Assembly (NCBI GenBank): GCA_963705105.1
Contig: CAVPIW010000006.1
Coordinates: 32,001 to 96,000, forward strand
DNA length: 64,000 nucleotides
Direction: 5' to 3'
Origin: an uncultured Nitrospiraceae bacterium
GTDB lineage: Bacteria; Nitrospirota; Thermodesulfovibrionia; Thermodesulfovibrionales; Dissulfurispiraceae
Program-made: the position numbers and the translations under genes
The notes under the pieces: generated by a model
Seen by the model: only the letters and a program-made list of their open reading frames with translations
The model's database searches: none
What the model was told of the DNA's origin: nothing
Shown: positions 15,709-28,254 of the stretch, in pieces
Position numbering within the stretch: the first letter of the stretch is position 1
Layout: the number at the start of each line of letters is the position of its first letter

Positions 15709-16436
15709 CTCAGCGCGGCCACGATGCTTCTCAGGGCCAGCGGCGCCCTCCTCAGCGCCCGGGCGTCGGCCGGCTCGCGGCACTCGGGGCAGTAGCACCC
15801 GCCGACGACGGTGCTCCCGCTCTCCAGGAGGAGGGCGCCTCCTCCTTCTCCTCCTGCTCCCTCGCCCGGTGCTGCCGCCTTGCGCGTGCCCTGTCGGGCC
15901 TGGAACTCGAGGCTGGAGCGGATGCAGGCGGAGCAGACTGTTTGAGAGAGAGGTCTCGGTTTTTTTGTTTGTTGTTGAAGAAGAAGGGGTGAGTTTGTTT
16001 TTCTCGTTCGCCGCAGGTCGATGCCATCGAGTCCTCGACAATCGCCTCTCTCTCAAAACGCAAAGACGGCCTTTAAACGGTCTTTTAACTCACAGGCGTG
16101 CCCGTACTCCAGGACCATCGGCGCGTCGAGAAAGTCGCGGCATATGGCGCAACAGGCGGCGTCGTCGAGGGCTCTCAGCAGCGACGGGAGCGACGGGAGA
16201 GCCGACGCCACCGCTGTCGCTGTCGCTGTTGTCGCCGCTGCGCCGCCGCCGCCTGGAAGCTCCTTCCAGTCTCCAGGCGAGGGGGCGACGTCCGCGTCTA
16301 TTCCTCCTCCTCGCTGATCCCTGGGAAGAGAGGGGCGGAGGCGAGGAGGGACAGGAAAGAGAGAAGAAAAAATGGAGCGATCTCTTCTTTTCTTCACTCT
16401 CTCTCAAAGCGCTCGCGTCGTGCTTCTCGCCTCCTT
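15709..16436 (-). pseudogene. Direct duplicate of 11734-12499 (RAD18 5' part, its intron and the divergent intergenic region), pseudogenised
   Basis: Near-identical sequence, but start ATG changed to ATA, RING Cys changed to Tyr (LECGH to LEYGH), a 36-nt in-frame deletion, and truncation after the RING. Confidence 0.88.
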
Positions 16437-16671
16437 GTCGCAAAAAATGAGCTTCTTCGTTCTCCCGCCCTTCTCCTTCAAGACCCCGCGCGGCGGGCGC
16501 GTGACCGTGTTCGGGGCGCTCCTGACGATCCCTCTTGTCCTGGGAGTGAACGAGTACCTCGATCATAGGAAAGGGAAAGCGAAAGAGAAGAAGGAGACTT
16601 CTTCGAAAAAGGCGACGAGAGGGAGCGGCGGCGGCCGCGGCGGCGGCGGCGATGACGAGAGGTCGGGTTAA
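16372..16671 (+). CDS. Small putative single-TM protein (99 aa from 16372, or 74 aa from the ATG at 16447)
   Basis: Hydrophobic stretch VTVFGALLTIPLVLGV followed by a Lys-rich tail. The first 22 codons derive from the duplicated segment. Confidence 0.35.
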   Translation: MERSLLFFTLSQSARVVLLASLSQKMSFFVLPPFSFKTPRGGRVTVFGALLTIPLVLGVNEYLDHRKGKAKEKKETSSKKATRGSGGGRGGGGDDERSG

Positions 16672-16843
16672 AAAAAAAAAAGAGAGAGAGGAAGGGGGAG
16701 GTCAAAATACCGCAGCGCCGCAGGAAGCGGCTCCGCCGCTCCCGCCCTTGTAAATCAATGCTGTCTGAGAGCCTCCCCGGGAGTATAGTATTACAGTTTC
16801 TGTTCGGAGTTTTTCCCCCCGTCGCGAAAGGAGGACGAGAGAA

Positions 16844-19800
16844 CTAAAATCGGCCCCACCACTGTGCCGCCTTCCTCGCCTCTTCACGCCTCGCCGCCGC
16901 CGCTTCCCCTCCCCGCCCCCGCCCCCCGTTCTCGCGAACGGGCTGTGGTCGAACTTGCAGCAGGCGCCGTACTTGCACGCGCCCGTCCTCTCGAAGAACG
17001 AGCACCTCGGCTCCCCGGGCCGCACGGGCAGCCCCGACTCGCGGCACAGGCCGACCGCAAAGGCGCGGGGGTGGTCGAAGCGACAGAGCTCCCCGTACCG
17101 GCAGTGGCCGGTCTTGGCGAAGAAGTCGCAGGGAGGGGCCCCCGGGCGCTCGGGGAACGCCGGGATGACGGCGTCGGGAGGGGGAGGGAGAGGGGGCTGC
17201 GGGAGAGGAGCGGTGGCGTCGGCGCCGTCGCTTGCTGCCGCCGCCGTCGCCGACGCCGGGAGCGGCGAAGCGGCGGCGGCGGCGGCGGCGGTGGCGGCCT
17301 CCTCGGCCTGCTGCTGCTGCCTCGGCTGCGGCGGCGGCGGCAGCCTCTGGGGCGGCGGCGGCGGCGGCGGCCTCTGCTGCGGCGGCGGCGCCGCGACGAC
17401 GACCGCGGCGGCGACCCCGAGCGTCGGCAGCCACGCCCTCGCCTGCGGCGGGAAGAACGGGGCCAACGCCGGCTCCCGGGGCGCAGCGGACGAGGCGCCG
17501 CCGCCGCCGCCGCCCCGCGGGGACGGGAGGGCGAGGTGCGCCAGCGCGACACCCCAGCAGACCAGCACGAGCCTCGGGAAGCGCTCCTCGAAGTACGAGA
17601 AAAAGGCCCCGGGCGGCGCGCCGACCTCGGCGCGCGCCCTCGCGGGGAGCTCGGAGAAGTGGGCGGCCTTGTTGCGGACGAGGCGGAGGAGGTCGCGAGC
17701 CGAGCGGCCGTCGTAGCGGCGGAAGAAGAGGGCCGGCGGCGCGGTGGGGCCCGCGGGGCGGCCGCTCCCGCTCCCGCTCCCGCTCGCGTCGGCGGCGCCC
17801 GCGGCCGCTGCGGCTGCCTGCGCGGCAGCGGCGAGGCGGCTCGCCGGGGGAGCCAGGAGGTCCGGGTGCACCCTCGGGGCCCAGGGGAAGGGCTGGAGGG
17901 AGCCCTCGGCGAAGGAGGACGAGAGCGGCGCGCCGAGGCTGCTCCCGCCAACGCCGCCGCCGCCGCCGCCTCTCCCGCCGCCGCCCCCGCCGACGCCGGG
18001 GGCGGCGCCCGGCAGCAGAGCCTCCGCCGACGCCGCCTCCAGCGCCGCCAGCGCCGCCCTCCCCTCCCTCGTCGCCGACCCGGCCCTGTCTTCGGGCTCG
18101 AGCCGGTCCGACAGCGCCACCAGGAAGGCCAGCTTGCGCTCCCGCGGCCAGAACAGCGGGTGGCACAGCACCGCCGCCGCGGGCGGGCGCGCCTTGGGGC
18201 TCCTCGAGAGCAGCGCCGCGACGGCGTGGTGCGCCTCCGGCAGGTGCGCCAGCGCGCGCAGCGAGAGCCTGCCGCGCAGGATGTTGAAGTCGCGCTCGAA
18301 GGGCCTGCCCGCGGGGTGGTGCGAGCCGCCCGTGAGCAGGTGGGCGAGAAAGAGGCCGAGGGCCCAGAGGTCGACGCCCTTGCCGAGGCGCGGGCGGGGG
18401 CCGGGCGCTCGGCGGCGGCGGCGGCGGCGGCGGCGGCGGGCGGGGCTCCGGTGCTGGTGCCGCCGCCGCCGCCGTTCCGTCGCTCCCGCCGCTGCTGCTG
18501 CCTCGGACCCGGGAGGGGGCGCATCGCGGCGGGGAATGTGTGCATCCTGCGCCGGAGCTCGAGCTGCTCGGGGGCCTGCCAGCCCGTGGAGCCGGCGGCG
18601 CCGCCGCCGATCGTCGTGGTCGTCGTCGTGGTCGTCGTCGTCGTTTGTCTTTCTGCGCCGCCGCCGCCGTTTTTCCGCCGCTGCCGCTGCCTCCTCCGAC
18701 GACGACCGTCGTCCTCGCCGCGCCCGCCGTCGTCTCGAACGACGAGGCGCCGTCCGGGAGGAGCCTGCAGAGGCCCATGTCCGAGAGCTTGGCGACCCGC
18801 CTCGCGCGTCGTCGGCGGCGGGGGCGACCGGGAGGCGGAGGAGGAGGAGCCGAGGCCGAAGAGGAAGGGGACGCTTCCCGCGAAAAACCGGGGTCTGAGG
18901 ACAACGAGAGCGAGACCAGCACGTTGGCCGGCTTGAGGTCCCTGTGGACGATCCCGCGGGAGTGCAGGGCCGCGAGCCCGCGCGTCGCGCCCTCGGCCAA
19001 CCGCATCGCGAACGGGGAGGGGCGGAGGAGGGGGCCGGTCGAGGAGCGGAGGAGAAGGAGATGACGACGAGGGAGAGGAGGCGAGAAACCGCGGAGCAGC
19101 AGCGACGCCCTCCCCTCGGGCGACGCGACGAGGTCCGCCACGCTCCGCTCGCACCGCTCCAGCGCCAGGTACACGAACGGCTCGTCTTCCTCGAGAGCGA
19201 AGCAGCGCACGATGTTCGGGTGCGCGTCGGCCTCGACGCAGGGCGCGGACCTCTGCGGCCGCGGCCGCCGCGAACTGCCGCAGCAGCCGCTTGACGGCGA
19301 CGGGCCGCGAGACGCCGCCGTCGACGAGCTCTCCGCCGAAGACCAGGGTTCCCCCCGAGCCGTAGCCGAGAATCTCTGGCCCGAAGCGGAGGCGGCCGAC
19401 AGCGCCGGCGCCGGGTTGTAGGGGAGGGGGGGGTAGGGCGAGGGAGCGCTGGCGGGTGAGCGCGGCGGTTGTGAGCGCGGCGGTCGTGAGCGCGGCGGGA
19501 GAAGAGGGGAGACTGGGGGGGCGGCCGCTGTCGCCGTTGGACGGCGCCGCTTCTTCGGCCTCGCCTGGTCCTTCGTCGTCCTCCTCCTCCTTCTTCGAGC
19601 TCTTTGCGCGCTGCTTCTTCTCCTTGGCGGGGGCAGAAGCAGTGGACACCTGCTGCTGCTGCTGCTGCCTCGTCGTCGCCCTCCTCCTCCTTGCTGCCCG
19701 CCTTCTTGGTGAGCGCCTCTGCTGTCGCCGTCGCCGCGGCCGCGGCGGCCGCGGCTGCCGCGGTGGCCTCGCTCGAGCTGCCGCTGCATCTGCTGCTGCT

Positions 19801-22235
19801 GCTGGTGCTGCTGCCGCTGCTGCTGGCGGGCCAGAGACAAAGGCCGCCGCGGCGGCCAGACCGAGGAGAGCGCGAGAGCGCGAACGGCGGCCCCGGGGAC
19901 AGCCAGAGCGGCCGCGTCGAGGGGGAGCTGCAGCTCGCTCTCCGCCGCCGCCCCCGCTCCCCGCGCCCTCTGCTCCGCGGCCTCCGCCGCGGCCTCCGCC
20001 GCCAGGACCCGCGCCCGCAGCGCCTCGGCCTCCTCGGAGGAAGCGGGAAGGAACAGGGGCCCCCCCTGTAGGAGTAGGGGGAGGGGGCCGGAGGGGCCGG
20101 CGGCGAGGAGAAGAGGCCGAAGCCGCCGAGGAGCCCGGAGCCGAGCCGGAGCCGAAGCGGCGAAGAAGAGGGAGGCGAGTCGGGCGCCGCCACCGGCGCC
20201 AAAGGGCGAGGAAGAGGAAGCGGGGAGCGACAGCAGAGGGTGCGCGCCCAGGGGGCACCCGCCGCCTCCGCCCCTCTCCGAAGAGCACTGCTGCTGCTCT
20301 CCTCGAGCAACTTCGGAAGAAGAAGGAAGCGGCGGCTGCTTCGGCGAGGCCAGAGCCGCTGTGCGTCGGCAGCGCGTAGAGCGAGCCCTCGAGCTCGCCG
20401 ACGACGACGACGGAGGCGGCAGCTGCTCCTCCTCCGGTCCTCCGGAGGCGTCTTCGCCGTCGTTCCCGCTGGCTCCCGCTCCCGCCGCCGAGGCCGAGCA
20501 GGGGCAGAGAAGCTCCTTGGGAGTCGAAGGCCGCGACGGCGGGAGAGGGGAGCCGCAGCGTCCAGTCGCCTCCGCCGCCGCCCTTGCCCCGCCGTTCCCG
20601 CGCCTCGCGAGGGCGTGGCCGCCGGCGTCGGCGACGGCGGAGATGGCGAGCAGCCCCGGCTCGGCCGTGGAGACCCCCCGGTCGGATTTGGCGGCAGAGG
20701 AGGAAGAGGAGGATGGAGCAGCGGAAGCGCTTCGCCGAGGACGACGACGCCTACGCCGGCGTCGCCGGAGCAGCAGACGCAGCGAGCGCCGCGCCCCTTC
20801 GTTCCGCTTCCTCGCCTCCCCCGCCTCCGCTTCCAGAGGCGCTCAGCCGCGCCAGCTTCGACCAGGTGATGTTCCACACGGGCTCCCCCGTCGCGGCGTC
20901 CACGGCGCGGACCAGGTAGTCGTGCCTGCCGATGACGAGCGGGCGGCGGCGCGGCGGGGAGAGGAGGAGGAGGAGGGGGGGAGTCGAAGAGTAGGGAGGG
21001 GGAGGAAAAGGCACTTGGCTCTCGTCGCCGCCGCCCTCCTCGGCCGCCGCAAAGGCGCCGAGTCCCTGCGTCGGCCCCGGCTCCTCCCGCCCTCCTCCTC
21101 CTCTTCGTCGTCCGCCTCAGATTCTCGTCAGTTCCTCGTTCGCGAGCAGCTGCAGCAGCGAAGCTGCGCCGGCGTCTTCTCGGCGGCGCCGCCTTCGTCT
21201 CGTCCGTCGTCTTCGTCGTAGACGAGGCAAACGCGCGCCGCAGCGCCCCGGAGACGGGGTCGAGGACGAACACCGTCGTCCTCCTCCCTCCCAGCACGAC
21301 GGTGCGCCGTCGGCCGCCAGCGACGGCGACGCGTCGACGAGGTCGGCGACGCCCGTGGGAAGCCTTGCGAGGCCCGCTCCCTCTCCCCCTCCCCTCCGTT
21401 GATGGCCGCTTCCGCGGGGCGTAAGCGTAGAGGGAGCCGTCGACGCCGGGGACGAGCGCGGCGCCGCCTTCGTTTTCGTTCCCGTCGCCGCCGCCGCCGT
21501 CCTGGCGCCGCCCTCCGCCGAGCCCTCCCGAGGAGACCAGCGGGCTCCCGCTGTCAAAGGCCCACAGTGGGGCTCCCGTGGTGGGCTCTACCGCGATGAG
21601 GGTGCCGTCGAGCAGGGAGACGAGGAGGGGGTCGGAGGAGGGAGAAAGAGGCCTGTTTTTTTTTTTAGATTGGGGAAGGAGAGAGCGAGAGGTCCGAGGT
21701 TGAGACTGGGGACATCAGAACGATTCGCTTTTTTTTTTCCTTCCCGTCTCCATCGGTCTTCCGAACAAACAAAATGCCTCTCTGCGGATGTTGAATCAAG
21801 CCCGGCTTCTGCGAGAGTAGCACAGTACGCATCGGAGAAGCCTCCAGAGGAGCGAAAAGCCGGAAAGAAAAGAGCCCCAGAGAGGTGGCGAATTGGGGAA
21901 AGAAACACAAAAAAAACTCCCGCTCAATTGTCTCCTCCTGCTGCTGCAAGGAAGCCAATGCTCGAGCCCTCTTCGTTTCTTCCTCTCCCAATCCTCACCT
22001 GCTGCTCAGCAAGCCTCGCCGATGACGCAGAGTCCTTGGCTACCACAAGCGTGCCATGTTGTGGCAGCAGCCGGATCGGTCGCTGGCGCCCCGAAGGCTG
22101 AGCCAGACACGACGAGGAAGAGGAGGAGGAGGAGGAGAGCGCCGACAGAAGAAGAGGCCAAGATCGACCAGCTCTTCGCTGCTGCCGCCTCCGGCCCCTC
22201 GGCGGCCTCTGTCCTCCGCCATCGCCTGGCATCAT
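16844..22235 (-). CDS. IRE1: IRE1 ER-stress kinase/endoribonuclease with two C-terminal CCCH zinc fingers; ends approximate
   Basis: Signal-like N-terminus; luminal motifs LLVSLLDGTLIAV..PLWAFDSG and VIGRHDYLVRAVDAATGEPVWNIT; kinase LGYGSGGTLVF, VAVKRLL, HPNIVR, IVHRDLKPANVL, KLSDMG, GSTGWQAPE; KEN RNase HPLFW..LSDRLE..YDGRSARDLLRLVRNKAAHF..YFEERFPRL; CCCH x2. Confidence 0.93.
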
Positions 22236-22416
22236 CGTGGTGGGCTCGTGTGTAGCTAATCAATCTTTTCCCGTGTGAAGAGCGGTGCAATTGATCGTTG
22301 CGAGAGAGAAAACGAGAACTCTTCTTAACTAGAGTTCTGCTTCTCGATTGGAGCAGAAGTGCAAGGCGGAAAAATCTGACATAGCACTCGAAAACTTCAC
22401 AAAAAACGAGACTTAA

Positions 22417-25400
22417 ATGCCCGTTGCTGTCGTCTCACCCCCAGAACTCTGTCGAGGCAGCGCGTCGACAGACGCCGCCGCCGCCCTCGCCAAGGCCAAG
22501 AAGATGGGACCGCGGGATGCTCCTGCTGCAGCTCATACAGTAGGCGGCGCCAGAGCTGCCGGCGGCAGTGGCAAGCAGCCAGGCCGAATGAACGCGCCTG
22601 CTGCTCCTGCTCAAGTGCCTCTGACGCCGCATGGCATTGCTTCCTCGGCCGCCGCGGCGTCCCTGGCCGCCCGCGATCAGCTCCTGGTCGCTGGGGCCAC
22701 GCCTGAGTCCAGCTTCCTTGCTCTACTGGTAAGAGAATCGGAAGCACTCGAGAGAGAGAGCCCGAGAGAGGAGGAGAACCGAATGCCATTTCGAAGAGCC
22801 GACGAGCGGCGGCGGCTAGACTCGCTCCCCCCTCCCCCCTTCGTCAACCTCTCGAGTCTCCTCTCCCCCTCGATTCCAACTCCACCAGGTCGAGGAGGTC
22901 CTCCTCGAGTCCCTCCCGGACTACGGCGCGCTCCTCCCTCAGGCGGAGGCGGCGGCGGAGGCCGTCGGCGCGGAGCTCGCCGCGGCGGAGAGCTGCCCGG
23001 TGCCGGGAGCGCGGTCGCCGGTTTCGCCAAGGCCCTCCTCCTCGGGGGCGTTTCGGATCCGGGGAGGGGAGAAGATCATAAACATCATCCCTCCTCTCTG
23101 CTCTCCCGCCTGCGCTTCGCCCCGCCGGCCCAGCCGCTGCGCCTGACGGGCTCGGCGCCGCTGCGGGCAGCGCTCCCCGGCTCGTCGGGCTCCTCGAACT
23201 TCTTCCTCCTCTTCGCTCCTCGTCGTCGACCTCTCTGTCGAGCTCCCGCGCTCGGTCCTCGACGAGAAGGACTTGAAAGGAGGGCGGTACCTCGTCCGTC
23301 GCGCCGCGTGGCTGCAGGGGGCCAGGGCGGTGCTCGAGAGGGCAGCAGCGGTCTCGAAAGCCGAGAAGAAGAAGAAGAAGAAGAAGAAGAAGAAGAAGAG
23401 AGAAGAAGAATGAGAAGAAGGATACCAAGAAGGAGAAGGCCAGTAGCAGCAGCCTCCTAAGCGGCGCGGCGCTTCCTGGAGCGACCTCGGCGGCGACGCG
23501 AGGAAACCTTGCCTCGTCGGTTTCTTTTCGGGCAACTCGGGGGGTCGCCCTCAGGCTGGTGCCGGCCGCGCCGAGGGAGCTGGCGAGGAGCTGGCTGCCT
23601 CGCCTGGCGCCGGACAGGGGCAACCTCGGCGGGGGAAGCGGGGAAAGCGGAGGAAACGGAAGGGCTTCTTCGGCCCTCCTCCGCCGCCGACCCCGAGGTA
23701 CAACGCTCTTGTCGTTGCTGACTTCTTCCCCGAGGCCGAGGGCGACGACCTCTCGCTTGCGCTGGGGCACTGCCCGGCGGCGCCGACGGGGTGACGCTCG
23801 TCAGGCTGTGGGCCAGGGCGCAGAGCCGTCGTCTCGAAAGCGGGAGCGGGAGCGGGAGCGGAGCGGGAGCGGGAGCGGCGGGACCGAGGACCCGCCGCGG
23901 CGCCGCTGCTCTCCTCGCGCGCGCTCGCCGCCGCGGCCGCCTCGGCCGCCGCCGCGGGGAGGCTCGCCAGGCCCATGAGCGCCCTGCAGGCCGCGAGGGC
24001 CGTGTGGAGGGAGGTCGAGGCCGCCGCGGGGAAGGGGGCGAGCCCGCGCTTCGGCGAGAGCTGGGAGGCCGCGGCTTCTCCTCCTCCTCCTGCTTCTTCG
24101 CTCCTTCCGGCCGCGACGGTGCTTTCTTCTTCGTCGTCCTCCTGCTCTTCCTCCTCCCCCTCTGCCAACTCCTCCTCCTCCTCCTACCCTCCGCCCCCTC
24201 CCGTCTCCTCCTTTGTCAGGAGCGGCGGCGGCGCGGAGCTGGTCGTCCTCTGCTGCGGCGGGCACCTCAACCTCGCGGCGGGCGACGGCGGCGACGGCCG
24301 CGGCGGGGAGGCGCGTCGCCGCCGCCGCGGCCGCCGCCGTCGCGGCGCTCGACGCTGCGAGGGCGCCGGGGGGGACCCGGAGGGTGCGTCGCAGCGCTCT
24401 GGCTCAGGAGGAGGGTGGCTCCCTGGCTCGGGGACTACGACGCGTTCTGGAGGGTCGAGGTGCCGCTGCTGCTCGTGGCGGGAGGAGGGGAAAAGGGAGG
24501 GGGGAGCGGGAAGAAGAAGAAGGGTTTGACGACGGCCGCTGCTGCTTCTGCTGCTGCTGCTGCCGCTGCTGCAGGCTTGCCGCGCCTCCTCGACCTCCTC
24601 TTCTCCTTCTTCCGCCCCTCCTCTCTCCGGGGACCTCCCCCAGCTCCAGGCCCTGGAGTCCCGCGTCGAGGCCATCGCGCGGACCGCCCTCGGGGGCCGC
24701 GTCACGGAGGTGAGAGCGGTGCCGCGCCCGAGGCCGCGGTCGGACCCGGCGAGGGGCCCGCCGCCGCGCCTCGGCATCTCTCTCTTCTTCTTCCCCGTCC
24801 CCTTCGGCCGCTCCGGCCGCCGCCGAGGCCGAGGCCGGAAACGCTTCCTCTTTCGTGACGCTCGCCGCGCGCGCCAACCCCTCCGCTTTCTCCCGCCGGG
24901 CCGACGTCGGCCCGCCCGCAGACTCCGCGCGCGCCGCGGCGGCCTTCCGCGCCTTCTGGGGCCCGCTGGCCGACCTGAGGCGGTTTGGCGACGGCGCGAT
25001 CCGGGAGGCAGTGGTCTGGGGGTGCTCCTCCTCCTCTTCCTCCTCATTCTTCTCCTGCTGCGGCGGCGGCGGCGGACGCCGCGCTTTCCGCCGCGATGCG
25101 CAGGCACGTGGCTCCGGGGTCGAGCGTGTCGGGTCTCACGGACGCGCTGGAGCCGGCGCTGGCCGAGCGCGGCGGGGGAGGGAGCGGAGGAGCGGAGTCG
25201 GGCTCACGGAGGAGCTTTGAGAACGAGAACAGCAGCAGCAGCAGCAGCAATCCGAGATCATTTCTTCCGCCGCCGCCCTCGACGCCGCTCTTTCAGCAAG
25301 CTCTCCAAGGCCCTGCGGGGCCTCCCCGGGGCGTCTTCGAGCGAAGCAGGAGGTTCAGGGGCAGCGAACGGAGAGAGCTGCGGTGTCGCGCTCCGGCCGG

Positions 25401-27829
25401 TGGGCGTCGCCGCGACCTCCGGCTTCCTCGGCCGAAGGACGGCGCCGTTCCCGCCGGCGCCGCACCCCTTGCTCCTGGCTCTTCAGCAGCAGCAGCAGCA
25501 GCAGGGTACTTCCTCTTCTGCGTCGTCTCGAGGGAAGAGAGCAGCAAACGGGAGCGGAAACGGAAACGGAGGCTTCGTTTTGCCTCCGTCGTCGTCTTTG
25601 TCGTCTTCGCCGCTCATCCCGCGGACGCTGCCGGCGGTCGAGGTCGCGGTCCAGCTCGAGGGGAGCGGCCGCTGGCCGCCAGGACGCCGGCGCCGCGGCC
25701 AAGATGAAGGCGGCCTTGCGTGCCAGCTCGCGGAGAGGCTGGAGTCGAGACTACGGGTTCCGGGCGCGCGCGTTCGAGGTGGATGCCGCTGCTCGAAGGA
25801 AGGCGGCGCCGCCAACGGCGGCGGCGGGGCCGGAGAGGGCGGCAGCTCCGGGGGTGGAGGAGGTGGCGGCGGCTTCGATGCCTTTGTTGACGGTTTCGCG
25901 TTCCGCTGCCTGCTCTGGTCCCCAAGGGATGACGCCGCGGTCGTCGCTGCCAGGGCCCGGGAGCGCGCCGCGGCGAAAGCGGCCGCGGCGAGAGCTGCAG
26001 CTGCGGCAGCGGCAGCGGCAGCGAAGGGCAACGCCGCCGCCGCTCTCGCGCCGCCGCCTCCGCCTCCGCCGACGACGACGACGCCGGCGGACGCCGCGGC
26101 GCTGCGCTCCTACTCGCAGCTCAGGGCCCGCATCGACCACGCCGCGGCCCTCGCCGCCGTGGCCGGGACCAACCCCGGTTTCTCCCGCGGAGGGAGGCTG
26201 CTGGTCCGCTGGGCCGGGGCGCACCTCCTGCTCTCTCCCCCTCCTCCTTCCTCCTCCTCGCTGGGTTCTTCTTTCTTCTTCTTCTTCTTCTTCTTCTTCT
26301 TCTTCTCCGACTTTGAAATCAAACGCCGTGCCAGTCCCGGCGCTCGAGCTCGTCGCCGCGGCGGCCTCGGGCCCCAGGCTCGCCGGAGGGTCCGGGAGCG
26401 GGCTCTGCCCGCCTCCGAGCGCCGCCAAGGCCGGCGACGACGACGAGGAGGGAGGAGAAGGAGGAGGAGGAGGAGGGGCTCTGCTTCTGAGGCCGGGCGC
26501 GCAGGCGGCGGCCGGCTCGGCGGCGGCGCCGCCGTCGACGGCGCTCGCCGTCTTCGCCGCGGCGCTGCGCCTGCTCGCGGAGAAGGGACTCTCCTCCTCC
26601 GCAGAATGCGGAGAGGAAGCAGTTTCCAGGCCGCTGCTCGTCGACCCGCTGGGGCAGATGGAGCCCTCGGAGCGGGCCAGGGCCCTGCGAGGGGAGGCGG
26701 AAGGGGAAGAGGAGGATTTCGCCGCGTTGAGCCGGAGGCAGCGGCAGCAGCAGCAGCCGCAGCAGCAGGAGCTCTCGCAGAAGCAAAAATCCTCTCCTTC
26801 CAGGCGACGCCTCTCGCGCTCGCCTCCGCCGTCGACCCTTCGGGAACCCTCTGGACCCGCGGCATGGACCAGGCGACGGTCCTCCGCCTGTCGAGGCTCG
26901 CGCGGAGGGCTTTGTCGGGGATGGAGGCGGCGCTGCTGTTTGGCGGAGGAGGAGCAGGAAAGAAAAACGACGGCGGCGGCGGCGACGGCGGCGACGGCGA
27001 CGGCGACGGCGACGGCGCTCGACCCTCTCCTCCTCACTCTTCTTCGTCCTCCTCCTCCTCCTCGCTCCTCGAGGCCGCCTTCGCCCCGGCGCTCGCGGAC
27101 TGGGACGCCCTCCTCTGGCTCAAGCCCGCGTCCTTGCCTGCCGGCGGGAGGAGGGCCCCTCCCAGGCCCGCTGCCCCGCCGGCGGCCCCTCCCGGGAGGC
27201 CGGGGAGGCTGCCGGCCGACGGCAGCGCGGGGAGGTGCGGCGCGGCCATCGCGGCGCTGCCGCCGCCGACGACGAAAAACGGGTTTTCGTCGTTGGGCTC
27301 TTCTCCGACCAACCTCGACGAGCTGCTGGTGGGCTTCGACCCCGTCGCCTGCTTCGTCCGCGCCCTGCAGCGGCGCTTCGGCCGCGTCGCTGCCTTCGGG
27401 AGCGACGGCGCCGGAGGGGAGAGCCCGGTGGTAGGGGTGCGGTGGCGCAAGGAGGCGAAGAGGGCGTGGCCCCCGGGCGCGGCGGGTCGCCGCTGGCGCA
27501 GGCGGCGACGACCCCAACGACGACGACGACGGCGGCGACGACGACGATGGTCGAATCTTCAACTTCGATTCCTCCTCCCTCCCGCTGGTCCTTTCCGTCG
27601 AGCTGGACGAGGAGGCCACGCTGGCGGCGATGTGCGCCGCCGGGGGAGGGATCGCGGACGGGTTACAGCGTGGTGCGGCCCCTGAAGAGGAAGAAGGAGA
27701 AGGAGGAAGAGAAAAGCAACAAGAAGAAGAGGAGGAGCAGTGACGACGACGGTGACGACAGCGACGAAGAAGAGGTAGAAGAGGAGAAAGTCTCGTCGCC
27801 GCTCCAGCAAGGCCAGGCGCCGCCTCTGA
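22417..27829 (+). CDS. NOL6: NOL6/Utp22 (Nrap family) U3 snoRNP-associated protein; heavily frameshifted, ends approximate
   Basis: AFRAFWGPLADLRRFGDGAIREAVVW, EVAVQLEGSGRWP, FDAFVDGFAFR, LLVGFDPVACFVRALQRRFG..VVGVRW. Confidence 0.82.
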
Positions 27830-27910
27830 TTTTGCTTTTTTCGCCTCGCCCCAGTCCCTTTCGCAGCAGGCAGAACCGAAAGTGTAAAAGGGAAAAAAGA
27901 ACGTCCCAGC

Positions 27911-28032
<122 letters not shown>

Positions 28033-28254
28033 AGCAGAAGCAGAAGCAGAAGAGGAACAAAGTCTTTTTTCTTTCATTTTTTCAAAAAAGAAAGCGATCA
28101 AATGAAGCAAATGCAAAAAAGCGCGCGTTAAACACCTGAAATCTAGCGAGAGGACGCTGCGAAGAAAGAAACAGAATAATCGAAACGGCGACTGGAAAAA
28201 AGGTCTGCGGAGAAGAAAGCAACAGAAAGGCTCTCTCCGTCTCAACTTTTGATT

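Noticed and set aside
18765..18795. DMG in place of DFG in the IRE1 kinase, suggesting a pseudokinase
   Set aside because: DMG is the usual form in plant-lineage IRE1, and the VAVK and HRDLK motifs are intact.
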